Shown here: piece by piece, positions 12,944 through 25,067 of the stretch | How the letters are laid out: every line of letters begins with the position of its first letter | Numbering within the stretch: the stretch's first letter is position 1 | Assembly (NCBI GenBank): GCA_951406725.2 | Contig: OX597833.1 | Coordinates: 71,238,001-71,302,000, forward strand | Reading direction: 5' to 3' | Length of the DNA: 64,000 nt | From: Octopus vulgaris | Lineage: Eukaryota | The notes under the pieces: model-generated | What the model saw: the letters and a program-made list of their open reading frames with translations, nothing else | Databases searched by the model: none | What the model was told of the DNA's origin: nothing | Program-made: the position numbers and the translations under genes

Positions 12944-13449
12944 CAGGCATATATAGCGTAATGGTGAAGAGTGCAGGTTACTAACCCCAAGATTCCGAGT
13001 TCAATTCCAGGCAGTGACCTGAATAATAATAATCATAATGATAATAATATCTTAAAATACCTCAGGAATGAGAACCCAGGTTTGAAATTTCTCCAAGACA
13101 CCTTTCATCCTTTTGGGGTTGGAAAAAAAGTACCAATCAAGGTTGATGGATTGGCTGGACTGTGAAAGGGATCAAGACTGGTGCCTTGTGGTGTTTGTTA
13201 TGGCTCTTTGCATTCTGAGAGCAATTCCAACATAGTGTTGATGCCAAGGTGTATTGGCTCAAATGAGTTGCCTTTGTTTTGGATAACCTTCAGTGACAGC
13301 AATGACCGGTGGAGATGAGGGTAGGATAGATATGCAAACATCTGCAATTGCCAGCATTCCTCAAAAAATCTTGCATGGACATGTGCAGATAAACGGTCAA
13401 CTTTGACTGACAGAGGCCCAAAGAATTGGTTCCAACATCGAAACAAGGC

Positions 13450-14300
13450 CTAAACGGTTCAGTATCTTGATTTTGTTGACATCCGAAGAAAGGAATGCAA
13501 AGTTTGGCCTTGGTGGGAATTGATCTCAGAACATAAAGAGTCAGAAAAAATACTGCAAACCATTTCCTCCGGTGCTGATTCTGTCAATCGACCGACCTCA
13601 TGGTTACAGAATTGTCAAAAAATTTAGGCACAAGACTAGCAGTTTTGCAGAGATTGGATTTATTGAATATGTCAACCCCAGCTCAGCACTGGTACTGTAT
13701 TTTATCAGCCTTGGTGGGATGAGAGACAATGTTGACCCAGGTGGAATTTGAACTCAGAACATTGCGAGCCAGAAGAAACATCACTAAGCACCTTGTGGGA
13801 TTTGAACTCAGAATGTAAAGAACTGGAAGGATTGCCACAAAGCAGTTTGTCCGATGCTCTACTGATTCTGCATAAAAACCAGCAACTTCAAGGGGAGGGG
13901 CAAGTCGAATACATTAACCCCCAGTATTTGGTTGGTATTTAATTTTATCAACTCTGAAAGGATGAAAAGCAAAACTGACCTTGGTAGGATTTGAACTCAG
14001 AATGTACCAAGCTAAACAACTGTTGCTAATCATTTTGTCTTCCATGCTAACGAGTTTGCCAGCTCATTATATTGATATATAATGGTTTAGAATTTTAGCA
14101 CAAGGCTAGTAATTTCAGGGGAGGGAGTGAGTTAATTTGATTGACCCCCAGAGTGCAACTGGTATGTATTTTATCAACCCTGAAAGAATGAAAGGCAAAG
14201 TTGACCTCGGCGGAATTTGAACTCAGAATGTAAAGGCAGATGAAATGCTGCTAAGGATCTTGCCCAGCTTGCTAACGACTATGCCAGCTCGTCAACTTAC
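13450..14300 (-). mobile_element. Cluster of degenerate tandem SINE family E units
   Basis: Repeated aatttgaactcagaa, tttatcaaccctgaaag and gccagctc motifs, at least 4 units. Confidence 0.75.
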
Positions 14301-14864
14301 TATATTGATAATTAATGTGAAGAAAATATCAGCAGTTCAATATTTTAGATTTTAGCTTCATTAAAATTTAATCATGAAATAAAAATTGAAATATTTAAAC
14401 AATTTTATGATTAATATAGTTTTCATTCCCTCGTAAGGGCTTACTAAAGATGAAATAATTTAAAATTGATTTTTTTTTTTTTTTTGTATGTTATTCAGCA
14501 TTCTGGCGGTTTTAATGAGCTTATTAGCAGCTATAATAAACCAAAATTGTAAAAAAAAAAATAATAATAATAATAATAAAAAAATTAATAATTAAAATAT
14601 AAATCTGTTTTAATTTTGAAACTTAAAATATTTCGTTTCAGCATTTGAGGCTTATTAAGATTGAAATATTGGATAAATATGTTTTCACCTTTAATTCCAA
14701 GTTCTAATAAACCGTTTCTCAGTCGTTGCTTTTCTTACAGAATTACTTGCCCGGTTCCATTGCTTTCTTCCAGCTGCAAAACGGCAAAACGGATTTCAAA
14801 GTAATTTGCAAAATCTTGATTTACTGTGTAATTGGTGGTGTTGTTGTCTTGGCTGCAGCTCTTG

Positions 14865-14890
14865 GTGTTGTTGTTGTGGTGGTGGTGGTG

Positions 14891-14922
<32 letters not shown>

Positions 14923-14947
14923 GGTGGTGGTAGTAGTAGTGGTGGTG

Positions 14948-14979
<32 letters not shown>

Positions 14980-15100
14980 GGTGGTAGTAGTAGTGGTGGT
15001 GGTGGTAGTAGTAGTGGTGGTAGTAGTCGTGGTGGTAGTAGTCGTGGTGGTAGTAGTAGTAGTGGTGGTAATAGTAGTGGTAGTGGTAGCAGTAGTGGTG
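14865..15100. repeat. (GGT)n/(AGT)n trinucleotide repeat
   Basis: Direct inspection. Confidence 0.95.
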
Positions 15101-15989
15101 CTGTTGCCCTTAATGTTGTTGTTGAGCCTGAGGTCAGCCTTGATCTAGGAGATCAATAACGAAAGGCCCTTTAGCCATTCCAGCCATGACCATTACATCT
15201 TTTTCTCAATCTAGAGTTACATTGCCCAATAAATCCTTCATTGTAGCAGAATGTGACACAATGGACATTTAGCTGCTATTTCTCCCAATTAGCTTAAACC
15301 CATGTATGTGTGTGTGCATATGTGTATATGCACGTATGCATGTATGTGTGTGCATTTGACTCTGTACGTTTGGCATCTGACTCCATTCTCTCAAAGACAA
15401 TGAGAAGTGAAAAGCCAAAACCTGGCTCAGCCATTAAACTGTTTGCCAGGCAGAATCACCAAAATGTTCCGGTGCCTGGTTCCTGCCAGGATTAAACTGA
15501 AATAAATGCGAGAGTAGTTCAACACCTAATTTACTCAGCCATATAAACGAGTGTATGCGTTTGGTGTAATTAAATGAGGGAAACTATCTTTTAATCATGT
15601 TTAATTTAACATGCAAATGGAAACCTATTAATCAGTCGAACCCTTCTGAGACCATTCCTTGTTCAATGTTAAAAACCTTCCTGTTTCAAAGTGATTGAAA
15701 TTAAAACCCTTCATTAAAATTTCATCTTAATTTATGTTAGAAACACCAGCTTCATAATGACAAAAGTTATTTTACTTAATTATGCATTATTTTCAAAATT
15801 ATTTCAATTAAATGCAATCCATTTCAACAGAAATATTGGAACAAAGCAGTGAATGCAAACTTGTTCATTGTTGGTGTTGTTTAGTCTGATGTCAGCCTTG
15901 ATTGAGCTGAGTTGTGATCAAATACAAGGTCCATTTTTTTCTCTAATTTAGACACAGTCTATCTCTGACTACAATTATCAGTGTGGACT

Positions 15990-16420
15990 GACTCCTGTGC
16001 AGGTGGCAAGTGAAGAAACACCATTTCGACCCTGTGCTTCAGGAGATCCATTGAGTCAAGTACACCGACATCAAAATCAATGGAAACTGCAGTTGTGATA
16101 CCTGAGCCGGTGGCACGTAAATAGCGCTATCCGAATTGTGGCCAATGCCAGTGCCGCCTTGACTGGCTTCTGTGCCGGTGGCACGTAAAATGCACCAATC
16201 CGACCATGGCCATTGCCAGCCTTGCCTGGCACCTGTGCAGGTGGCACGTAAAAAGCACCCACTACACTCACGGAGTGGTTGGTGTTAGGAAGGGCATCCA
16301 GCTGTAGAAACACTGCCAGATCAGACTGGAGCCTGGTGCAGCCTCCTGGCTTCCCAGACCCCAGTCGAACCGTCCAACCCATGCTAGCATGGAAAACAGA
16401 CGTTAAATGATGATGATGAA
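15990..16420 (+). mobile_element. RTE 3'-UTR fragment (family B) with several hairpin repeat units
   Basis: 3-4 copies of gtgccggtggcacgtaaaa(a)gcacc, then the conserved terminal block and (GAT)n. Confidence 0.88.
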
Positions 16421-16612
16421 CCTGCCCTTGTCAAACCATCCAACCCATGCTAGCATGGAAAATGGGCAATAAATTATGATGATGATGATATATACGTGAT
16501 GATTTCCATATTTATTCTTAATACATTCCAGCAGCACATTCAAACTCCAATATGCTAATTGCTGTTGTGTATGTCACAGGAGAACAGCCTAATGATAAAT
16601 AAGCATTCATTA

Positions 16613-16672
16613 GTGCAAAGGATTCTGGGACACTGGTGTTTCAACAGATTGTGTCTCATCAGCCAGAAACAC
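16613..16672 (-). ncRNA. Type I hammerhead ribozyme, near-canonical
   Basis: Minus strand: GUGU UUCUGG CUGAUGA GACA-CAAUC-UGUU GAAA CAC-CA-GUG UC^ CCAGAA UCCUUU GCAC. Full core, 6-bp perfect stem I, stems II and III, GUC cleavage triplet at 16631-16629. Confidence 0.8.
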
Positions 16673-17390
16673 CCAGAGTATTCAATCAAGAGCCAATGGC
16701 CTTGTTTATAATTTCAGTGAAAAAACTATTCTTTGACCCGTACTGGTATCCATCAATGGATAATAAACGATGATTGGCAGAGATGAGTTGGAGTCTTCCA
16801 GAATCTATCAAGATAAATATACAAGCCATCCTTTTGAATTTTGCTGCTCACCAGGCGTAAAACGATTTATAATGTTAGAAATCAGCATCATAATACTGAA
16901 GGATTAATGAGTTAATTCAAATCCTTCAAAATGGATTAGATTACTGAGTTAGAATAAATAAATAAAGTTTTTAAAAAAGGATTACAAATTTTAATGTAAA
17001 ATCATTTCAGTTTTCTTGTTTCTTTCATCTTCCTGAAATCTGTGCAGACTGCATCAAATATTCCTCCCTTCACATTAAATCCTCAATGTTTAAAGGTGGA
17101 ACATTTATAAAGGAGAATATTGTCGACTGGAACAAACCCCGTTTTGTTATTTTATTTTAACCAACTCCGAAATGGTTGAAAGGCAGAGTTGACCTTGACT
17201 GGGTTTGTGGCATGTGATTAGAAATTTGTGAGGGAGGGTCAGGGTTGGTTAAATTGATCTCAGTACTTGACTGTTATTTTGTTTTATTTTATCAACCTTG
17301 GAAGGATTAAAGCAAAGTTGGCCTTGGCCAGATTTCAATTTAGAACATGGCACAAGGTTAGAAATTTGTGGGAGAGAGTTCTATGTGCTA

Positions 17391-17640
17391 CAATGGTTCA
17401 CAACCACAGTAAATATGGCCCTTGGGGGTCCATATAAGCTTTTGTTGTTAAAATGTATGTGCAATAAATTGGTCATATTTCTAAAATACATAAAATATTT
17501 CAACAATTTTTTAATAGAATTCCTAAAAATATTTAATTATAAAAAATTATTTTTGTTAAACATGGAATGGCTATGATGGTCCACCCAACTAAAATAAGAT
17601 TTAAAGGGGTCCAAGGGTAAAAAATGGTTGAGAAACTCAG
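17391..17640. mobile_element. Degenerate hAT/Charlie-type MITE
   Basis: Termini caatggttcacaacc and ggttgagaaactcag resemble CAGTGGTTCTCAACC-type TIRs; subterminal ggggtcca motifs. Confidence 0.55.
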
Positions 17641-18771
17641 TTTTAAATCAAACCCACTACTTATTCAGTGCTTTAATTTATCAACCCCAGGAGGATGAAA
17701 TGGAGTCAATCTTGACAGGATCTGAACTCAAAACATAAAAGACTGTAATTAAATACCACAAGGTATTTTGCCCAGTGTTCAACTGATTCTTCTAATCTAA
17801 GACATTTCACATCGAAAAAAATATTAGCTTTTAATTAATTAGAAGTAAAAAAAAACAACATATTTTTCTTTTTCTAAATGTTCATTAAAAGAACTAGTAA
17901 AACATTTAATTACAAATTGCTACTTTAGTGTCATTAGTAAAAACTAGTTATTGGAAATGTGATGGGCTTAGAACCTGCAATCTCTGGGTTAATTATTTCT
18001 CTAATTAACTCTTGAAGCTATACAAGAACCTGATTAATGATTAATGCAGACCAACATCAACTGTAACGATTTGGATGGAAACTACTTTGCCTCTGTTGTG
18101 GCCACCACCAGAACCAGCAGCCATAGAGGATAAGTCCACCTAAAGGAAACAGTCAGGATGAGCTTTGATCTTAAGATTCCATTCGATCAATGAAAGCAAA
18201 CCTGGAGGCCTGAACAACAATAACAACAATACCCTTGATAAGGAAAATTAATTGCTAACGAGGGAAACCTTAATAAATGAATATGAAGGGATCAACAATA
18301 AGAATTATAAACGAACCCCACTCAGCAATAATCTGTGATCAAATGTTTAATGATAAGAAATATAACAGAGATATATTATAACAGGGATATGTAATATATA
18401 TATTTATATAAGAGATATGTAATATATATAATATAAATAGCAGAGATATGTAATATATATACATACTATAAATAGCAGGGATATGTAATATATATATATA
18501 ACATTCAAAAATATAAGGAATGTCCATAATAGGACATTCGACTCACTAGAAAGAGCAGCCAAACTCAAACCGCTAATAGTTGTAATTCTGAAATTGAAAG
18601 AGAAATAAAAACGTTTACCCCTTTCATCTCTGGACTATGCATAGTTTCGGCAAACTTTAGTAAACAAATTAGTTAAATTAAATCAAATTTATTTACAACT
18701 GGCGTGCCTCGTCAGCAGAGAAGCCAGTTTTATATATATATATATATAAAATAGAGATATGTAATATTCTT

Positions 18772-19172
18772 TTTTTTTACTCTTTTACTTGTTTCAGTCA
18801 TTTGACTGTGGCCATGCTGGAGCACTGCCTTTAGTCGAGAAAATCGACCCCAGCACTTATTCTTTGTGAGCCTAGTACTTATTCTATCGGTCCCTTTTTG
18901 CTGAGCCGCTAAGTTACAGGGACGTAAACACACCAGCATCAGTTGTCAAGCGATGTTGGGGGGACAAACAGACACACACACACATATATATATATATACA
19001 TATATACGATGGGCTTCTTTCAGTTTCCGTCTACCAAATCCACTCACAAGGCTTTGGTTGGCCCGAGGCTATAGATAGAAGACACTTGTCTAAGGTGCCA
19101 CGCAGTGGGACTGAACCCGGAACCATGTGGGTGGTAAGCAAGCTACTTACCACACAGCCACTCCTACGCCTA
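18772..19172 (-). mobile_element. SINE family A, left arm of an inverted pair
   Basis: Full-length homology to family A. Confidence 0.92.
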
Positions 19173-19198
19173 TATATACTTTTTTATATATATAATTA

Positions 19199-19603
19199 TA
19201 GGCACAGGAGTGGCTGTGTGGTAAGTAGCTTGCTAACCAATGACATGGTTCCGGGTTCAGTCCCACTGCTTGGCATCTTGGGCAAGTGTCTTCTGCTATA
19301 GCCCCGGGCCGACCAATGCCTTGTGAGTGGATTTGGTAGACGGAAACTGAAAGAAGCCTGTCGTATATATGTATATATATATATATGTGTATGTTTGTGT
19401 GTCTGTGTTTGTCCCCCTAGCATTGCTTGAGAACCGATGCGGGTGTGTTTACGTCCCCACCACTTAGCGGTTCGGCAAAAGAGACCGATAGAATAAGTAC
19501 TGGGCTTACAAAGAATAAGTCCCGGGGTCAATTTGCTCGACTAAAGGCGATGCTCCAGCATGGCCGCAGTCAAATGACTGAAACAAGTAAAAGAGAAAGA
19601 GTA
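19199..19603 (+). mobile_element. SINE family A, right arm of an inverted pair
   Basis: Full-length homology to family A, head-to-head with the previous copy. Confidence 0.92.
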
Positions 19604-20199
19604 TAGCTAAGGGCTACTGGCAATGACCATAGCCAATGCTAGAAGTAGATGTCAAATACCTACAATCCATTATTTTTATAATTATATATGTGAAAAAATT
19701 AATGCTACCTATAAGGTCATTTTTATGTACTAGGCCACTGATATATTCGTTTTTATGATTATATCCTTATCTTATAAGTACACACACACACACACAACAC
19801 GTGTGCATGTGTGTGTGTTCTTTTCCTCTTAAGTAATCCTTGGTCTGCTGACTTGCCAGGACACCAAATTCAAGCTGTTTTTACTCAAATATATCAATTC
19901 CAACATTGAATAAAACGTACAAAAACATAAATTCCACAGATTGGTCGTAATTTAATTACGTTTATTAGGAATACACATCATTAATTCTATAAGTGCATAA
20001 TTATAGAATTAATTATGTATATTCTTAATGAAATAACTGCTGAAATTCAATGTTTTTCTAAATATAAAATGCTCTTAAGAATCATTTTAGCTTAAAAGGT
20101 GTGTATCATTGCAATTCTTTTCCCACCTGGATTTACGGCAATTTTATAACATGTTGGCATTTAAAAACCTGTTATTAACGGATTTCTTAGACGTGTATT

Positions 20200-20410
20200 T
20201 TTTACTCTCTTTTACTTGTTTCAGTCATTTGACTGTTGGCCATGCTGGAGCACCGCCTTTAGTCGAGCAAATCGACCTCAGGACTTATTCTTTGTAAGCC
20301 CAGTACTTATTCTATCGGTCTCTTTTGCCGAACTGCAAAGTTACGGGGACTTAAACACACCAGCATCGGTTGTCAAGCAATGCTAGGGAGACAAACACAG
20401 ACACACAAAC

Positions 20411-20457
<47 letters not shown>

Positions 20458-20625
20458 TACGACAGGCTTCTTTCAGTTTCCGTCTACCAAATCCACTCAC
20501 AAAGCTTTGGTCGGCCCAAAGCTATAGTAAAAGACACTTGCCCAAGGTGCCATGCAGTGGGACTGAACCCAGAACCATGTGGTTGGTTAGCAAGCTACTT
20601 ACCACACAGCCACTCCTACGCCTAT
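20200..20625 (-). mobile_element. SINE family A
   Basis: Full-length homology. Confidence 0.92.
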
Positions 20626-21008
20626 ATATCATTTTTTTCATTTTTAATTTTTTTTCCATTCGTCATCTCTTTTTACATGGATATTTATATGAACCTTTAC
20701 CAGCAGCCAAATCTTTCTCTCTCGCTGTCTTAAGAAGACTCGACACATTAAATAACGTAATCTAGGGTACATTGTGCCAAGAAGAAAGATATTAAAATGG
20801 GATGGTCGTTATGGACTGGCATTGGTCATAGGTCGACCCAAGCAAAGCTAAACAACAAGAAAATCAACAATATAAACTGTATCAGCAATCACAACATCAA
20901 CCGTCTGCTAGAGATCAGGTCTCCACCTGGACACTCAACCTGCTTGAAATAGAAACCAAATGTTCTCTGAATTACAACAACAACAACAGCAACAGCAGCA
21001 CCAACAAG

Positions 21009-21345
21009 TGGGGGTACAATGGCCCAATGGTTAGGGCAGTGGACTCCCAGTCGGAGGATTGCGGTTTCGATTCCCAGACCGGGTGTTGTGTGTGTTTACT
21101 GAGCAAAAACACCTGATGACCCCTGTTGCACTCTTTTGCCCCCAACTTTCTCTCACTCTTTCTTCCTGTTTCCTGTCCCCGACTTCCTACGCAACCGCTG
21201 AGCCTGGATGCGCAGGCATCCATCCATCTGTCGATGCTCTCGGTGTCAGGGGTTGACCTGCTTTCTCTTCTGCGGGTCTTACAAATAGCAAAGGACCACA
21301 TTTCGGACTTTTCCCACTGGACGAAGACCGCTATGCTCAACAGCA
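21009..21345 (+). mobile_element. tRNA-SINE with C-type head and a different tail, flanked by (CAA/CAG)n
   Basis: aatggcccaatggttagggcagtggactc...gtttcgattcccagaccggg closely matches the 33290 head; 3' half unrelated to the 33290 tail. Confidence 0.8.
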
Positions 21346-21923
21346 ACAGCACCAACAACAACAACAACACCAGCTGTCTGCTACAAGTAGGGGTCTATTT
21401 GAACACTCAGCCTGCTCGAAATAACAGCTAAATTTTCTTTGAATCACAACAGCAACAAGAACAACAACACCTGTGTACACTTCTTCTTCTTCTTCTTCTT
21501 CAAAAAAAAATTAAGTTTGTTCCATTTGTTATATTTTTTGTTGATTTATTTCCATCTTCTGATGTTTCGATACAAAAATACTTCTCGACCATTAATTATC
21601 TCAGTAAAGATGCTATTGTGGAAACTACACTCAATAAACGTAACAACTATTAAAGAGATCTCCTTCAACAATATTTCCTCTTTAGTTTGACCCCCTTTTC
21701 TCACCGAAATTTCTGTTGAAATACTCTGCCTTTGTTTGAATTAACTTTGAAAATAACAAAGAATTTAATGAAATAACTTTGTCACTAAGTGCAGGAATGG
21801 TTGCGCAGTTAAGAAACTTGTTTTGCAGTCACGTAGACAACAGCTTTTCAAAATAACAGTATGCAATATGTACCTGTATATTGATCATGTTTAAGCCTGG
21901 CCAACTGAATAGAATATGTTACA

Positions 21924-21954
21924 CTGATGAGGTCTAATAAGATTGAAACATGTC
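21924..21954 (+). ncRNA. Degenerate minimal hammerhead motif
   Basis: CUGAUGA GGUCU-AAUA-AGAUU GAAAC AU GUC; stem I does not pair. Confidence 0.45.
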
Positions 21955-22619
21955 TCTTGCTTTCATTAGCTGGTTTTAATGACAAAACCCATTTCTAGCT
22001 GGATTGGCTTCATTTCTTTCTAAAAACTTTTATTTTGTAGATATTACTGTTGTGTTTTCAAACAACCCCAGTGGGAAATTTTTACTACTAGTTGCAAGGA
22101 TAATCTCAGTTAATCAAAGTTTTTCAACTTTACTATAGAACATACGTGGGGCTGTAGCATATATGATCAAAGATATCCTAGCAATGAACAAGCCTCTCTT
22201 GTCACAGCCGAAATACCAAGCCAGACCCAAGATTCTCTGATATATAATGTGACCCCTTGCCTTCTTTTAATTTGGAAGGGTGAAACTTGAGGGAGATTTA
22301 GCTGTTAGTTCTAGCAGGTTGATCGACCAGATAGAATCCCTTCCTTCACTGTTGTTGTTTAGCTTCAAGTCACTGATCAAGGGCATTCCAGATTTGACCA
22401 ACCCTACTTCATTCAGATAACAGTATATCTAGGACCACACTACTTAATGTGTCCTTCATATTTTAAAGACAATAGAATGAACTTTGAATGAGGTTTGACT
22501 GATATTTCTAGCAGATTAAATGACTACATAGAAGCCTCCCATTTTGTTGTTGCTGTTGTTGTTGTTATATAGCCCCAGGTAAGTCCTGATTAAGCAGATT
22601 TATTTTAATCAAAGACCAT

Positions 22620-23155
<536 letters not shown>

Positions 23156-23904
23156 CCAGCTCTAACCATCCTTTCATGTTTATGTATCAGAAATGGAATT
23201 GTTTAATGTCTCCTTGTCTTTTTTTCAAAGACAGTTCAATGTTATTTGAGGAAGAATTGGTAGTTATTTCCAGCAGGCTGAACGACCACGTAGGGGTCTC
23301 GTTTGTTGGTTGGGATGAGGACTGCATACCCACCACCACCACCCCAGCCACTCTTCATTGTTTCTGCTACTGTTACTACTGTTGATGGTGTTGATGGTGA
23401 TGATGATGATGATGATGATTGTTGTTGGTTGGGTGGTGGGGGGAAGGGGAGGGTCAATATGGTGATGTAGTGGTTGCGATGATGATGATGATGATGATGA
23501 TAGTGTTGGTACTACTGTTGGTACTTGTGGCAGTGGAGGTGGAGGCAGTGGTGATGGTGACAGTAGCGATGGTGGTGGTGGTGGTGGTGGTGTTGGTAGC
23601 AATGACCTCTACTACTGCTGCTGCTGCTGCTACTATATGTGGTGGTGGTGGTGGTGGTGGTGGTTGTGATGCCCGTCACACTTCTGTTGTTCTTTCTTTC
23701 ACAAACCAGAATGCCATTTCACACTTATCAATATGATTGACACTAACTATGTCACCTCAGCACATTTTCATCACATTTTTATATATTTTTATATATTTAT
23801 AGGTCAAATAACCTAAAACTTTTAGCTCTTAGTACATTCCCCTAATTGCAGCGCCTCGTTGCTTTTGTTTAAGGCTTCCTTGATCTTGGCCCTTTCTTGT
23901 TATA

Positions 23905-24150
23905 TACTCTCTTTACTCTTTTACTCTTTTACTTGTTTCAGTCATTTGACTGCGGCCATGCTGGAGCACCGCCTTTAGTCGAGCAAATCGACCCCAGGAC
24001 TTATTCTTTGTGAGCCCAGGACTTATTCTTTGTGAGCCCAGTTCTATCGGTCTCTTTTGCCGAACCGCTAAGTGACGGGGACATAAACACACCAGCATCG
24101 GTTGTCAAGCAATGCTGGGGGGCAAACACAGACACACAAACACACACACG

Positions 24151-24194
<44 letters not shown>

Positions 24195-24355
24195 TACGAC
24201 GGGCTTCTTTCAGCTTCCGTCTACCAAATCCACTCACAAGGCTTTGGTTGGCCCGAGGCTATAGTAGAAGACACTTGCCCAAGATGCTACGCAGTGGGAC
24301 TGAACCCAGAACCATGTGGTTGGTTAGCAAGCTACTTACCACACAGCCACTTCTA
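23905..24355 (-). mobile_element. SINE family A with internal 22-bp tandem duplication
   Basis: cccaggacttattctttgtgag duplicated at ~23993-24037. Confidence 0.9.
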
Positions 24356-24859
24356 TATTTGTTAATCTGGATAAAAACCCCTAAGGTTTATTTCTTTATT
24401 TTTATTCATAAAGGAAACCGAGATCCTATTGCTGCTTATGTAATCAGCAATTAACAAGGTTGATGTTAATTGGTCTTTCTTTAATTACTTTTCATGCATT
24501 TTGTACAAAAGAAAACCCAAAAAAATACTCAGACTTTTCTGGGGTTTTTTTTTATCTCAGTAAATATTATTTTAAAACTTGATTAAGACTGACCCAGTTT
24601 TGGCCAGACAGACACATCCACAGGTCACGGTACATCATCATCCATATATCTCATTTAGTGTGGCTAATTAGCTTTGTGATGCTAATTATGAAAATGCTAA
24701 CAGAACTTTGTTTTATTTTTTTCAACTAAACGACATATAAAAGCAATTTAAGCCGTAAACATTTTTATCTTTCTACATAAACTGATGGACATTATTACGT
24801 ATTTACTTCATGATTCTCTTAACATTACTTTGGTAAGCAGAGTGAAGTTTAGGATCTTA

Positions 24860-24890
24860 CTGATGAGGTCATCATAAGACTGAAACATGG
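24860..24890 (+). ncRNA. Degenerate minimal hammerhead motif, same family as 21924
   Basis: CUGAUGA GGUC-AUCAUAA-GACU GAAACAUG; cleavage triplet lost. Confidence 0.35.
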
Positions 24891-25067
24891 AGACTTACCT
24901 AATATGCCCTGTACTAATCAAAAGATTCAAGTTGATATTAGGAACCTAAGTTTCCCCTTCTGACTTATCATCATCATCATCATCATCATCATTGCTGTTA
25001 TTGTCATTGTCAACATTCATGATGATGATGATGTTGATGATGACACAGGATGGTATATTGATAATAT

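Noticed and set aside
13198-13446. Possible transposase remnant
   Set aside because: No diagnostic DDE/D motifs could be confirmed
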